38,556 bases of DNA from Basidiobolus ranarum. Its lineage: Eukaryota. The stretch is from the NCBI GenBank assembly GCA_040143965.1, contig JASJQH010000046.1, forward strand, positions 1 through 38,556, read 5' to 3'. The translations under genes and the position numbers were made by a program. This document shows, piece after piece, positions 1 to 10,872 of the stretch. The first letter of the stretch is position 1. Each line of letters starts with the position of its first letter. Below the pieces are notes generated by a model. It was not told where the DNA came from, made no database searches, and saw nothing but the letters and a program-made list of their open reading frames with translations.

Positions 1-245
1 GTTAATGATTTGATTTGTGCCAGCAATTAGGAGATGGTAGCCTTTGTTCAGATATCCTAATAGGAGACATTTAGTTGCCTTTTTGTCCAATTTCCTATGC
101 TGAGGTTTAGGAATATGAGCATATACTTTTGATCCAAAAATTCTGAGGTGATTCAGATTAGGCTTGTTTCCAGTCCAGATTTCAATAGGAGTTTTAGAGT
201 CATGGTTGCTACATGTTGGACTTCCATTTTGGAGATATGTAGCTG
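1..245 (-). mobile_element. Ty1/copia retrotransposon integrase C-terminal fragment, truncated by the window edge
   Basis: Minus-strand translation ATYLQNGSPT..KTPIEIWTGNKPNLNHLRIFGSKVYAHIPKPQHRKLDKKATKCLLLGY..KGY matches the typical copia post-integrase motif (TPYE.W.G.KP.L..LR.FG...Y.HIP..KLD.KA.KC..LGY). Confidence 0.85.
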
Positions 246-273
246 AACAAACTCAAATTATTCTCAAAATTCA

Positions 274-693
274 CCAACTACAATACATCAAGATAATCAA
301 AGTTGTATCCAATTAGCTAAAAATCCCATGTTTCATAATAGAATCAAACATCTGGATGTTGGATATCACTTCATTACAGAGGTTATGGGAAATAAGTTTA
401 TTGACTTAACTTATTGGACTTGTTCCATTGTGCCAGGATTTATTGGACCTTGGATAAAAATATTATAGTAAATATGATTGAAATTGATCATGCCATAGGG
501 TGCTGGATAGTGCCAAATGGTGCCACATAAATTTTAGGATACTTTATCCAAGATGATATATACAGCACAATCTGGTACTATCACAGAGAACAAGTCCATT
601 TTTCCATAGAAGATATGATTGCAGATATATCAATCAAACTATTAGCTAGACAGAAATTTGAGAAATTAAGACCTTCCTTAGGATTAGTTTGAA
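274..693 (+). pseudogene. Ty1/copia RNase H C-terminal fragment interrupted by a MITE
   Basis: PTTIHQDNQSCIQLAKNPMFHNRIKHLDVGYHFITEV (from 274) and, after the insertion, SIEDMIADISIKLLARQKFEKLRPSLGLV-stop. These are the copia RNase H motifs DNQ.AI..A.NP.FH.R.KH.D..YHFI and DMIAD..TK.L. Confidence 0.9.
416..597. mobile_element. 182-bp non-autonomous TIR element (MITE) with 3-bp target-site duplication ATT
   Basis: Ends GGACTTGTTC...GAACAAGTCC form a perfect 10-bp inverted repeat. ATT lies at 413-415 and 598-600. Removing the element plus one ATT restores the RNase H frame (D-L-T-Y-F-S-I-E-D-M-I-A-D). Confidence 0.85.
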
Positions 694-706
694 TGACTAT
701 TTATTT

Positions 707-715
707 GAGGGAGAG
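707..715 (+). other. Polypurine tract of the copia element
   Basis: GAGGGAGAG lies between the RNase H stop codon and the TG start of the LTR. Confidence 0.8.
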
Positions 716-993
716 TGTTGAAATCAACATTGCCTAAACACCTATATAGTCATATATAGCTTATTACTTGGTTATCTTATAGTTCACTAAGATATTATCC
801 ATTATTCTCAATTGGAATATACTTAGAATATTTTTACCAGCTTAGAAGTTCTCAGATATATAGATTTTTCAAACTTGTGCTAGAAGCCCCAAACTTTGCA
901 CACATGATTCTGAGACCTTCCTTGAAATATTCTACACCACCCATTCCTCTAATTCTCCAAACCACTTCCAACAGGCTCCAAAATACTTTAACA
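716..993 (+). repeat. 3' LTR of the copia element (278 bp)
   Basis: TGTTGAAA...TTTAACA termini, directly after the polypurine tract; homologous to 38115-38423 and to the reverse complement of 38446-38556. Confidence 0.85.
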
Positions 994-1708
994 GTGGTCT
1001 AGCAAACCAGCTCAGTACAATCACATAGCAAATAACTATTATTCTCAAAATGCATATCAGTAGATCTATTCTGCAAATATCTTCTACTTAAGCAGCTTAA
1101 AGATTCTGGACTTAACTATTTGTTAAGTTCAGTAAAGTTCACGACTTTTCATTGTGTCTCTCAAAAACACAACACTGACTATTTAATTCTTGATCAACAG
1201 AAGTGCTCAGAAAAACTTTGCTAGAGTGATTGATTGAAAGACATTAGTCTTAGATGATCTGTTAATTCTTTAAGCTAGACTCGGTAAGGAAAGCTAGCTA
1301 GGGAATAAGGACTTGCTGAGAAGTATGATGTAAGTTTGTTCGTTAGCATTGATGCATGATTTCCATATAAGTAAATATTTGTATTTCACAATGAGCCTAC
1401 TAAATGTTTGTAGAGGTTTATTAAATTTGTTATTACTAACTTTAAAACCTAGCTACCTCGTATAGCACATGCGTAGTAGGGTTAAGGTCGGGCCAAGTTA
1501 AATATGGTCAGCATTTGTTATATAAATGTATATATTGGTCTACAGCACCAAGAGTATATGCGTGTAAAAGTCCCTATGTTTAACCCTCCTCTTAGCAAGC
1601 AATCTAGTCATTTCGGCAGAAGTAGCACCAGGTTTACTTTGGTTTCATGGAAAATTAAACGAAAATTCAAACTAAGGAAAGTTAAAAGTTTTCACCACAT
1701 CATCCCCA

Positions 1709-1780
1709 CAGATAGAAACATAGAGCATATACCGCTAGAGATAGAGAGAATATACAGGTAGAGATATAGAGCATATACAG
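1709..1780. repeat. Degenerate ~22-bp minisatellite (TAGAGCATATAC..TAGAGA, about 3 copies)
   Basis: Repeated TAGAGCATATAC / GAGAATATAC units are visible directly. Confidence 0.55.
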
Positions 1781-2301
1781 TTAAAGGTACTCCAGAACCA
1801 AATTTGGGCGCATATAATGCAAGTGAATGGGCTCCACCAACCAACATCAGAATCGCTTATTGCGATATCATAATGAAATGTTTACTAAGCATGTATTGAA
1901 TTATTGTAACTCGCAATTGTCACGGATGTTCAATATCAGAATTAACCCATATCGACGTAGCATATCGATGTAGCTTAGTGATGAAGATCCATCTCTGATG
2001 TCGGTTACGAAGGCAAGATTTTTGACCGAGTAAGAAGGACCTACATATTCTCCGCTAACCGTATCCGCCCGATGCTAAATAAAATCCAATTAATAATATA
2101 TATATAAATACAATGATAAAGACAAATCATTGTAACGATGATATCATAGATCAAGACGGTGCAAATCACTGATTTCTACAGCGTGGATATACTAATACAC
2201 CCGAGCACTGCTATATATACAGCGTAGCAGTAGCCTCTCAATGCCATCAAAGGCATTACTCTATTAGAACTATCATAGCAAGCACTTCATTATTTTAGCA
2301 C

Positions 2302-5300
2302 ATGAGAGAATTGAGTAATGATACCCAGAGGAATACCTCTGTGGACGACAAGGCGCATACAAATGATTCGAACACTCTCAAAAGAACTCAAACCCATTTT
2401 CAGATCGAAGAATCTACCGGAGGCTGGGGTGAAGGTGAGCCAGCCATTGATATATCTGCAGCAACTGGGGAATACGACGACTTGCGACGAGAACTCTCAC
2501 GCATCTCTACTTTACATCGAGTTACAACTGCCCAATCCTCCGAAGCTACACTAGAAGATGGCAATGGGGGAGATGATTTTGACCTTGATGACTTCTTACA
2601 AGCCAAGCTCAAGGAAAATCAAGATGCGGCAATAAAAGAAAAACGCATCGGAATTACCTTCAAAGATCTGACCGTCGTAGGAGATAAGATAGATCGTGTG
2701 TACAAGGATGACTGTGCAACACCGTTCCAAAAGCTAGGCACTCTCCTCAATCCGGCCTCCTGGTTCAATAGAACCCATGAGAAATCAGGGGATGATGGTA
2801 GAGTACTATTACACAGCATTGATGGGTTCTGCAAAGATGGCGAGATGTTGTTCGTCCTAGGAAGGCCAGGAGCGGGGTGTTCAACTTTGCTCAGGGTTCT
2901 TGCCAATTCGCGGAAGCAATACAAAAGAATAGAAGGGGAAGTTTCGTATGGTGGAATCTCTGCGGAAGAATTCAGCAAGAAGTACTCAGGTGAGGTGGCC
3001 TACAATCCAGAGGATGACTTCCATTTTGCCACGCTAACAGTGCGAGAGACGATGAATTTTGCTCTAAAATGTAAAACACCTGGGAAAAGACTTCCCAATG
3101 AGACTAAAAAGTCATTTGTTCACAATGTTCGCGACACCCTATTGAAGATGTTTGGATTATCACATACTTTGGACACACTCGTTGGGAACGAATATGTGCG
3201 TGGTGTGTCAGGTGGAGAGCGAAAGCGCCTCTCCATTGCTGAACAGATGACGGCTCGTGCAGCAATCAATATGTGGGATGGAAGTACCAAGGGACTGGAC
3301 GCTTCATCGGCTTTGAACTACGTCAAGTCGTTGCGTATTATGACTAATATTATGCATAAAGCTACTCTAGTTACAATCTATCAGGCTTCTGAAAGCATCT
3401 ATCAAGAGTTTGACAAGGTACTGGTTCTGGATCAAGGGCGCTGTGTTTACTTTGGACCAGCTAATGAAGCAAGAAATTACTTCATCCAGCTTGGATTCAT
3501 GAATATTCCTCGTCAAACCACTTCGGATTTCTTAACCGCTGTAACAGATCCCCATGAACGTAAAGTTATTCCAGGTATGGAGGAAAAGGTCCCGAAGACA
3601 CCTGAAGGATTAGAGCAGGCCTATCGAAGCTCGATTATTTATCGTAGGATGATCCAGGAGAGGGCTGAATATGAAGGTTTTTTACATCAGAGTGCACCAG
3701 ACAAGGAATTCCGTCAGCACGTTGCCGAGTCAAAACAGAAGAATGTCCCACACAAGTCACCATATACTACCTCTTACTTTCAACAAGTGAAGGCACTTAC
3801 ATTGCGTCAATTCCAATTGACCTTTGGTGATCGAGCAGCGTTGATATCTCGCTACGCTTCGATTATCATTAAGGCAGCCATTGTCGGCTCAGCTTTCTTA
3901 CTTCTTCCGACGAATACTGTCAATGGAGCGTTCACACGAGGTGGTGTTCTGTTCTTCGCTCTGCTCTTTAACTCACTTGTTGCCCAGGCTGAGATTCCAA
4001 CAGCTATTGCGGGACGGTCAATTCTCTACAAACATAAATCCTTTGCCTTTTACTACCCCAGTGCTTACTATATTGCTCAAATGGTAGCAGATATCCCGTT
4101 TATGGCTATACAAATTCTTGGATTCTCCATTATTCTGTATTGGATGGCTGGCCTACAAGCGGATGCAGGAAAATTCTTCATGTTCATGTTCATACTACTA
4201 GTGTCTGGATTCAGTCTCACTGCATATTTCAGAATGTTTGCTGCTTTCTCGCCAAATTTTGATGTGGCCTCTCGTACCTCTGGTTTAGTACTGATGGCCT
4301 TTATTCTCTACGCTGGTTACCTAATTCCACAAACAAAAATGCATGGATGGTTTGTGTGGGTGTACTGGATTAACCCGCTGGCGTATGGGTTCAAGGCACT
4401 CATGTCTAACGAATTCAAAGGTCTCCAATTTGACTGTTCTGGTGCAGATTTAATCCCAAGTGGTCCGAACTACACAAACATTAATTACCAAACGTGCAAC
4501 TTAGCCGGTGGCAGACCAGGTGAGAATTTCGTTGATGGGCCTGATTATCTTCATAAAGCATTCGGCTACGATGCGAACCAGATGTGGACAGATACAGTAA
4601 CTGTTATATGTTGGTGGATCCTATTCTCGATTATTTCTATGATTGCCATGGAATTTAAAGAGTTCGGTAGAGGAGGCTTCACCTTAAATGTCTATAAGCG
4701 CACCAAAGATACAGCACAAACAAATGCTAACCAAGCCAACTCCGGTAATTTGGAAACAAATGTAGCAATTGAAAAGGATTTGGAGGACATTGCATTGGAG
4801 GGCACCACTTTCACCTGGCACAACGTCGACTACACAGTACCAGCGAAAGGATTTGCTGATGGCAAGCAGCTATTACAAAAGATAAATGGCTGGGTCAAGC
4901 CTGGTCAACTGACAGCGCTTATGGGAGCTTCTGGCGCTGGTAAGACAACTCTGTTGGATGTATTAGCTCAACGAAAGTCCATTGGTAAAGTTGTTGGGGA
5001 TATCTTGGTGGATGGCCGACCTCTAGGTGCCGATTTTCAACGCACTACCGGTTACTGCGAACAGATGGATGTTCATAACCCTGCAGTCACCGTTCGCGAA
5101 TCACTACAATTTTCCGCATATCTTCGTCAACCGGCTGAGGTTACTAAGGCTGAGAAAGATGCATACGTAGATGAGATCATCAAACTGTTGGAGATGCAAG
5201 ATATAGCAGAAGCGGTGATAGGAGACGTGGAAACCGGTGTTGGTATTTCTGTTGAGCAACGCAAGCGTCTCACTATTGGGGTAGAGTTGGTAGCTAAGCC

Positions 5301-6684
5301 CAAGCTTCTTTTCCTTGACGAACCAACATCGGGTTTGGACGCGCAAGCTGCTTTCAATATTATCCGTTTCATGCGTAAATTAGCCGATCAAGGCCAGGCA
5401 GTGTTGTGTACCATCCATCAACCTAGTGCTGTCCTCTTTGAATTTTTTGACCATCTCCTGCTGCTGGCCCGCGGTGGTCGTACAGTATATTTTGGAGAAC
5501 TCGGTTCAGACTCGAAAGTTCTATTGGATTACTTTGCACGTAATGGAGGACCACTCTGTGCATCAGACGCCAACCCAGCCGAATATATCCTTGATGTCAT
5601 CAATGACAAACGCGCATTAGATTGGCCCAGTATCTGGAGTGATTCATCAGAGAAAAAGGAAGTACAGAATGCTTTAGAGCATATAGAATCCAAGGATCTC
5701 ACGTCTCAGGAGATACATAACCAACGCGAGTTTGCCACTTCGTTTGGTACTCAGATGTCAGTCGTTGGACACAGAATGGCCCTTTCCTGGTGGCGTAATC
5801 CTACGTATAACCATGGTCGAGCAATGTTTTGTATAGTATTTGCTCTTCTTCTAGGTTTCTCTTTCTGGAGAATGGGTCACAGTCAGGCGGAATTGCAGTC
5901 CCGCACATTTGCCATATTCCAGTCATCTGTGATGGGCACGATGTTTATGAACTTATCACAGCCACGGTTTATTGAGGAACGTAACGTCTACAATCGAGAA
6001 CACTCGAGCAAGATGTACGACTGGAAGCCATTTTGGCTTTCCATCATGTTTACCGAGATTCCATTTCTTTTGGTAACCATTACTTGTTTCTGGCTCATAT
6101 TTTACTATATTTGCGGTTTCAGTGGGTCTTCGGAGCATGCGATCTACGCTTGGTTGATGTATGTCATATTCGCACTCTTCTGCGTATCGCTCGGTCAGAT
6201 GATAGCTTCCTTCTCGACATCAAAGCAAATGGCAGCTCTACTGAATCCATTCTTCTTTTCTATGCTTAATCTTTTCTGTGGTGTGGTGGTGCCATACAAC
6301 TCAATGCCTGGCTTTTGGAAAGCGTGGATGTACTGGTTAGACCCATTCCACTACTGGATTGAAGGTTTAGTCACTAATGAGCTTCATGGATTCACTGTTC
6401 GATGCAAGAGTGATGAGTTTCTGATTTTCAATCCACCTTCTGGTCAAACATGTAGGCAGTACGCGGCTGATTTTCTAACCAGTGCTGCCGGCTATTTGAA
6501 TAACCCAAATGCGGCCACATCCTGTGAATACTGCCCAATGTCTGTCGGTGATAATTTTTATGATCCTTTGGGATGGAACTACTCTCATCGTTGGCGCAAT
6601 TTTGGCTTCATGTGCATGTTCTGGGTGTTCAATATTGTCGTCACTGGTATTATCATCGCTAAATTCCGTTCCAACAGCCGCTAA
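2302..6684 (+). CDS. Full-size PDR-type (ABCG) multidrug ABC transporter, 1460 aa, intronless
   Basis: NBD-TMD-NBD-TMD order. NBD1 has degenerate Walker A GRPGAGCSTLL, signature VSGGERKRLSIAE and Walker B region WDGSTKGLD. NBD2 has GASGAGKTTLL, SVEQRKRLTIGVEL, LFLDEPTSGLD and CTIHQPS. Cys-containing PDR extracellular loops are present. Confidence 0.97.
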   Translation: MRELSNDTQRNTSVDDKAHTNDSNTLKRTQTHFQIEESTGGWGEGEPAIDISAATGEYDDLRRELSRISTLHRVTTAQSSEATLEDGNGGDDFDLDDFLQAKLKENQDAAIKEKRIGITFKDLTVVGDKIDRVYKDDCATPFQKLGTLLNPASWFNRTHEKSGDDGRVLLHSIDGFCKDGEMLFVLGRPGAGCSTLLRVLANSRKQYKRIEGEVSYGGISAEEFSKKYSGEVAYNPEDDFHFATLTVRETMNFALKCKTPGKRLPNETKKSFVHNVRDTLLKMFGLSHTLDTLVGNEYVRGVSGGERKRLSIAEQMTARAAINMWDGSTKGLDASSALNYVKSLRIMTNIMHKATLVTIYQASESIYQEFDKVLVLDQGRCVYFGPANEARNYFIQLGFMNIPRQTTSDFLTAVTDPHERKVIPGMEEKVPKTPEGLEQAYRSSIIYRRMIQERAEYEGFLHQSAPDKEFRQHVAESKQKNVPHKSPYTTSYFQQVKALTLRQFQLTFGDRAALISRYASIIIKAAIVGSAFLLLPTNTVNGAFTRGGVLFFALLFNSLVAQAEIPTAIAGRSILYKHKSFAFYYPSAYYIAQMVADIPFMAIQILGFSIILYWMAGLQADAGKFFMFMFILLVSGFSLTAYFRMFAAFSPNFDVASRTSGLVLMAFILYAGYLIPQTKMHGWFVWVYWINPLAYGFKALMSNEFKGLQFDCSGADLIPSGPNYTNINYQTCNLAGGRPGENFVDGPDYLHKAFGYDANQMWTDTVTVICWWILFSIISMIAMEFKEFGRGGFTLNVYKRTKDTAQTNANQANSGNLETNVAIEKDLEDIALEGTTFTWHNVDYTVPAKGFADGKQLLQKINGWVKPGQLTALMGASGAGKTTLLDVLAQRKSIGKVVGDILVDGRPLGADFQRTTGYCEQMDVHNPAVTVRESLQFSAYLRQPAEVTKAEKDAYVDEIIKLLEMQDIAEAVIGDVETGVGISVEQRKRLTIGVELVAKPKLLFLDEPTSGLDAQAAFNIIRFMRKLADQGQAVLCTIHQPSAVLFEFFDHLLLLARGGRTVYFGELGSDSKVLLDYFARNGGPLCASDANPAEYILDVINDKRALDWPSIWSDSSEKKEVQNALEHIESKDLTSQEIHNQREFATSFGTQMSVVGHRMALSWWRNPTYNHGRAMFCIVFALLLGFSFWRMGHSQAELQSRTFAIFQSSVMGTMFMNLSQPRFIEERNVYNREHSSKMYDWKPFWLSIMFTEIPFLLVTITCFWLIFYYICGFSGSSEHAIYAWLMYVIFALFCVSLGQMIASFSTSKQMAALLNPFFFSMLNLFCGVVVPYNSMPGFWKAWMYWLDPFHYWIEGLVTNELHGFTVRCKSDEFLIFNPPSGQTCRQYAADFLTSAAGYLNNPNAATSCEYCPMSVGDNFYDPLGWNYSHRWRNFGFMCMFWVFNIVVTGIIIAKFRSNSR

Positions 6685-7728
6685 TATTTCGGATAATTAA
6701 ATTAGCCGTTCTGAGCAAGAATCACTGTTCTAATCTATTGGTGAAGTTCTGTTCAATTGGACGGGGTCAGTAATATGTGACGGCATATATATCAGATCAT
6801 TCTCTATTTTTGCTGGTAATTATAGGACAAACTTGGATTTTTCTCATGTATATTATTCTCACGATCCCGGCGTATATTACGTAACATTTAGACCTCATCT
6901 TTCACACTCTTGGTACCATGTAAACAACTTCAGTTAATAAATAAACTCTTTTATCTTGACTTCACTTCTTTTCATTAGTCATAGCATCTCAGGCTCCATA
7001 TGCTTTAGAACCAGATCATTGACTGAAAAACATCTAATCTGTTCATTGATTACTTACCTTCTTGTTCTGATGTATCTTGTCACATACTGCACAAGTAGAA
7101 TTGGACGAAACTTAGCAATATCTGTACAAACGCAAATGAGTGTTTCTTCAGTGGCTAATTTCTGCAACGTCGTGATAGTAACCGCAAACGTTATTAACCA
7201 AATGTGTAAGAAATACGAATCATTTAGAAAGGATGCTTAATCTCCAATTCATAAATCAAATCAGTTGAAAATGAACATTTGCCAAAAATAGATTGTCATG
7301 CAAATTACTTGCTAAACTGGTTGATCAGGTACCCGGTTTATCGGAATAATAGCCACGATTGTAAACCTATGTGGTAGATTGCTTTGCTTTTCTCGACAAG
7401 TGCTTGACTTTGTTTCTTCTCACAATTCGTGCAGTATTTGTAGCATTTTAGATTGAGTGAAATTTACTAGTAACGTATACATATATATAAGTTATCACTG
7501 TCGAAGTATATTGTTATTCATAATCTCTGGTTTATCTTGCGTTCCGGTTGCTCAGTAGCTGCGAGAAGTACAAGATAATCGGCAGAGAGGGCACATCTAT
7601 GGAAAGTTTAACACTGTCCATGGTGTCTCGTTCATATGGCTAGAACACCAACATAACGTAGATTGAAGTGACATGATAGATTCCAAATATTTATTTCCAT
7701 AAATAAAACATATAAATAGAGTCGACAT

Positions 7729-8256
7729 TTAACTATAATCTCCGGGAACAACCATGGCACAACCCGAAGTACTAAGTCCCATATTACAATCATTCTTTTC
7801 GTTACAGCAACGGATACAATAATCACCTATATCAGGTTCAATCAAACTGACAAAATATGTATACCCAGCACAACCCGAGTTAGGTGGAGCTCCTCTGTTA
7901 TCAAATTGACCTCCACCATCCTGACGAGATAACTTATACGCATCGGGGTTCATCTTTCCAGTGACTTGTACATACGTATTTGTTAGACTAAAATGGGAAC
8001 TTTGAATAAACCCTTTAGGCATAGTATTGGCCTTTGGCGCCGTAGGATTTGGCCTTGTACAAAATACAACGGCGTCATCTTCATGCTCTCCTATAGTCAT
8101 TCCTGGCTCGGGAGGTAAAAATAAGCAGAAGCTATCGGTGCTGTTGAGGACAGTCAAACGGTTGATCTGATAGTCTCCAATGGATATGGGCTTCCCAAGC
8201 ACCAATTCAGAGGTGGCTAGCAAGGTGGTGAGTGAAATGATTGATGGCCAAAACAT
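7729..8256 (-). CDS. Small secreted 8-Cys protein, paralog 1 of 5 (175 aa)
   Basis: 21-aa hydrophobic signal peptide then KP; shared motifs FCLFLPP, DGGGQFD, YCIRCC; TATATAAA about 60 bp upstream (8316-8323). Confidence 0.93.
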   Translation of the reverse strand: MFWPSIISLTTLLATSELVLGKPISIGDYQINRLTVLNSTDSFCLFLPPEPGMTIGEHEDDAVVFCTRPNPTAPKANTMPKGFIQSSHFSLTNTYVQVTGKMNPDAYKLSRQDGGGQFDNRGAPPNSGCAGYTYFVSLIEPDIGDYCIRCCNEKNDCNMGLSTSGCAMVVPGDYS

Positions 8257-8860
8257 TACAAAGGGATGTTGAGAAATAAGGGCTTTGATGTCTCATCAAG
8301 TAGCTATTTTCCCAGTTTATATAGTACATTTGGAATTTTCAATATCTTTTTCCTTACCAATCTCTTTTTAGCCAGCAAGGAACTTCTCTCAACTATAGGC
8401 TATCTTCCTGAGATACCAGCTTCTAAAAATTGATCGAATCAATTGTCAAGATATAGATTATTTTTAAATGAAGTGAAGGCGTACTTTGCTTAGTCTTACC
8501 CCGGTATTTTGGTAATGGAAGATACCAAGCCTTTTTTCATCTAAATCAATCGCTTATAGATCTAGTTAACGATTGATCTCTGGTTATAACGTTATTATAT
8601 GCATGTGGTAAGTAGGATTAAATTTACCTTGGACCCGTATTAAGTTCATAAGAGTCGGACCATCTTTTAATAGAAATTCTCAGATAATTGGAGCTGATCT
8701 ATGCGAACACTAAAGTTAAGTTGATCTACACAAAAGTTAATTAAATAATGAGCAACGAATTTACGATTATGCAAAATATTTATTCATTTACATACAGTTG
8801 AAGCGAATTTAAACAAAAATATAACAAAACCATATTTCATGGAGATAAGCCACTTTTGCT

Positions 8861-9388
8861 CTAACTATAATCACCAGGGATAACGGCCAAGCACCCTTCA
8901 ACACTGAGACCCATGTTACAATCGTTCTTCTCATTGCAGCAACGAATGCAATAGTTGCCATTGTCAGGCTCGATCAAGCTAACGAAGTAAGTATAACCAT
9001 CGCAACCAGACTTGGGGGGAGCACCACGATTATCAAATTGGCCTCCACCATCTTTGCGAGAGAGTTTGTAAGCACTAGGATTCATCTTACCAGTTACTTG
9101 CACATATGAGTTGGTCTTCTTGGAATGGGCACTTTTGATGAAGCCTTTAGGAAACATATTAGCCTTGGGTGCCTTTGCAGTTGGCTTGGTACAGAATACC
9201 ACAGCATCATCCTCATGCTCACCAATCACCATCCCAGGCTTAGGAGGCAAGAAGAGGCAGAAATCGGTGGAGTTGTTGACGACAGTGAGGTGGTTGATAC
9301 TAGGATCTCCAACGGTGATGGGTTTACCCATGATAGAGGAAGCAGCAGATAAAGCAATGAAGATAGAAGCGATTCTTTTTCCAATCAT
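8861..9388 (-). CDS. Small secreted 8-Cys protein, paralog 2 of 5 (175 aa)
   Basis: Gap-free alignment to the other four copies; signal peptide; TATAAAAG at 9453-9460 on the minus strand. Confidence 0.93.
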   Translation of the reverse strand: MIGKRIASIFIALSAASSIMGKPITVGDPSINHLTVVNNSTDFCLFLPPKPGMVIGEHEDDAVVFCTKPTAKAPKANMFPKGFIKSAHSKKTNSYVQVTGKMNPSAYKLSRKDGGGQFDNRGAPPKSGCDGYTYFVSLIEPDNGNYCIRCCNEKNDCNMGLSVEGCLAVIPGDYS

Positions 9389-10344
9389 GATAGCTTAAAG
9401 AATTTGTTGAGAAGCTGAGTAGTTGATGATAAACTATAGTCAAGATGCCCCACTTTTATATCTTACAAGCTACATGGATAGCCAATAGGTTCCAATATCT
9501 ATTTCTAAATAGCGGTGTTTGTATATCTCAGACCACCATCGATAATTGAGTCATATAGAGGAAGTACAACATAGGCCTTGGTTCTGTTAAGCTCAACTAG
9601 CACATGCTCGCACTATGTAATGATTAGAAGGTTATCGGTGTCATTTCATATTGCTATTAATAACCTTCGATCGTTCTCTCTAAACGGAATAGCATGCTTC
9701 ATGCAGGCGCCGAGGTGAAATAGCAGCTGATGTCACAACTTCCTCCTTGAGTTCAGTTACATCTCGATTAGGCTGAAATTGTTTACTGGTCGACTCAGTT
9801 TCTTGCTAGTGAACTATTTAGTAACTATGATGTTATAACACTCTAACAACTCAAGTCTTGTATCAAGGTTGCCGTAACCATGAAACTATTTTTATTTTGA
9901 TGGGAAATTTTAGCAACCAATCAACCGCACTCATAAGTCGCACTCAAATTGTCAATATATTCTAAACGTACCATTTCAGAGAAACTAAATTGTCAATTCA
10001 AATATTATCAATTCTCACAATATCTCAACGAAATATTCGGGACAAAATAGAATGGAATTTGAATGCTATTCTTCCTTTTTTGGGCTTATGAGACATGCTT
10101 TCAACTGACGAAAAGTGGCGTTGGAGGTTTGTAATTCATGTTTGACTGCCATCACTTATCATACTGGTAGTTATTGATAACACTCTAGTTTATTGTTAGG
10201 CAGCTTGGCATTTCGGCTATTAAGTATTAGAATATATTTTTAACTTCAATTAGTGACTAGAACTACTAGGAAATAATAATAATAATAATAGGATAAGGAT
10301 ATGAATGTGTGAGCACGAGTGCGGATGTAGGAATCAATCTAGAA

Positions 10345-10872
10345 CTATTTGTAATTTCCCGGAATCACAACTGAACAACCCTCAGTACTAAGGCCCATAT
10401 CGCAATCATTCTTCTTATTACAACAACGAATGCAGTACTTGCCAGTATCAGGTTCAATTAGAGAGACAAAGAATGTATATCCCGCGCAACCCGACTGAGC
10501 AGGAGCTCCACGATTATCATATTGACCACCACCATCTTTACGTGATAACTGGTAAGCACTAGGGTTCATTCGACCAGTGATTTGAACCCAATCCTGAGTT
10601 TTCTTAAAATGGGCAGTTTTGATGAAGTTTTTGGGAAGTAACTTGGCCTTGGGTGCCACTGGGTTAGGTCTGGTACAGAAAACAACGGCATCATGTTCAT
10701 GAGAGCCAATTTCCATGCCTGGCTTAGGAGGAAGAAAAAGGCAGAAGCTGGTGGTACTGTTAATGGTGGTCAAATGATTAATATCGGGATTACCGACAGA
10801 TATAGGTTTTGCAATTGATAAAGCAGCAGCCAAAAGGAATGCTGTTACAGTAAAGAAGGATTTCCCGAACAT
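10345..10872 (-). CDS. Small secreted 8-Cys protein, paralog 3 of 5 (175 aa from the second ATG, MFGKSFF)
   Basis: The ATG at 10872 gives exactly 175 aa and a 21-aa signal peptide like the paralogs; the ORF-track start at 10926 adds 18 non-homologous residues. Confidence 0.9.
   Translation of the reverse strand: MFGKSFFTVTAFLLAAALSIAKPISVGNPDINHLTTINSTTSFCLFLPPKPGMEIGSHEHDAVVFCTRPNPVAPKAKLLPKNFIKTAHFKKTQDWVQITGRMNPSAYQLSRKDGGGQYDNRGAPAQSGCAGYTFFVSLIEPDTGKYCIRCCNKKNDCDMGLSTEGCSVVIPGNYK

Noticed and set aside
1504..1761. 85-aa ORF upstream of the PDR gene
   Set aside because: No recognisable motif; its 3' part is a translated minisatellite.
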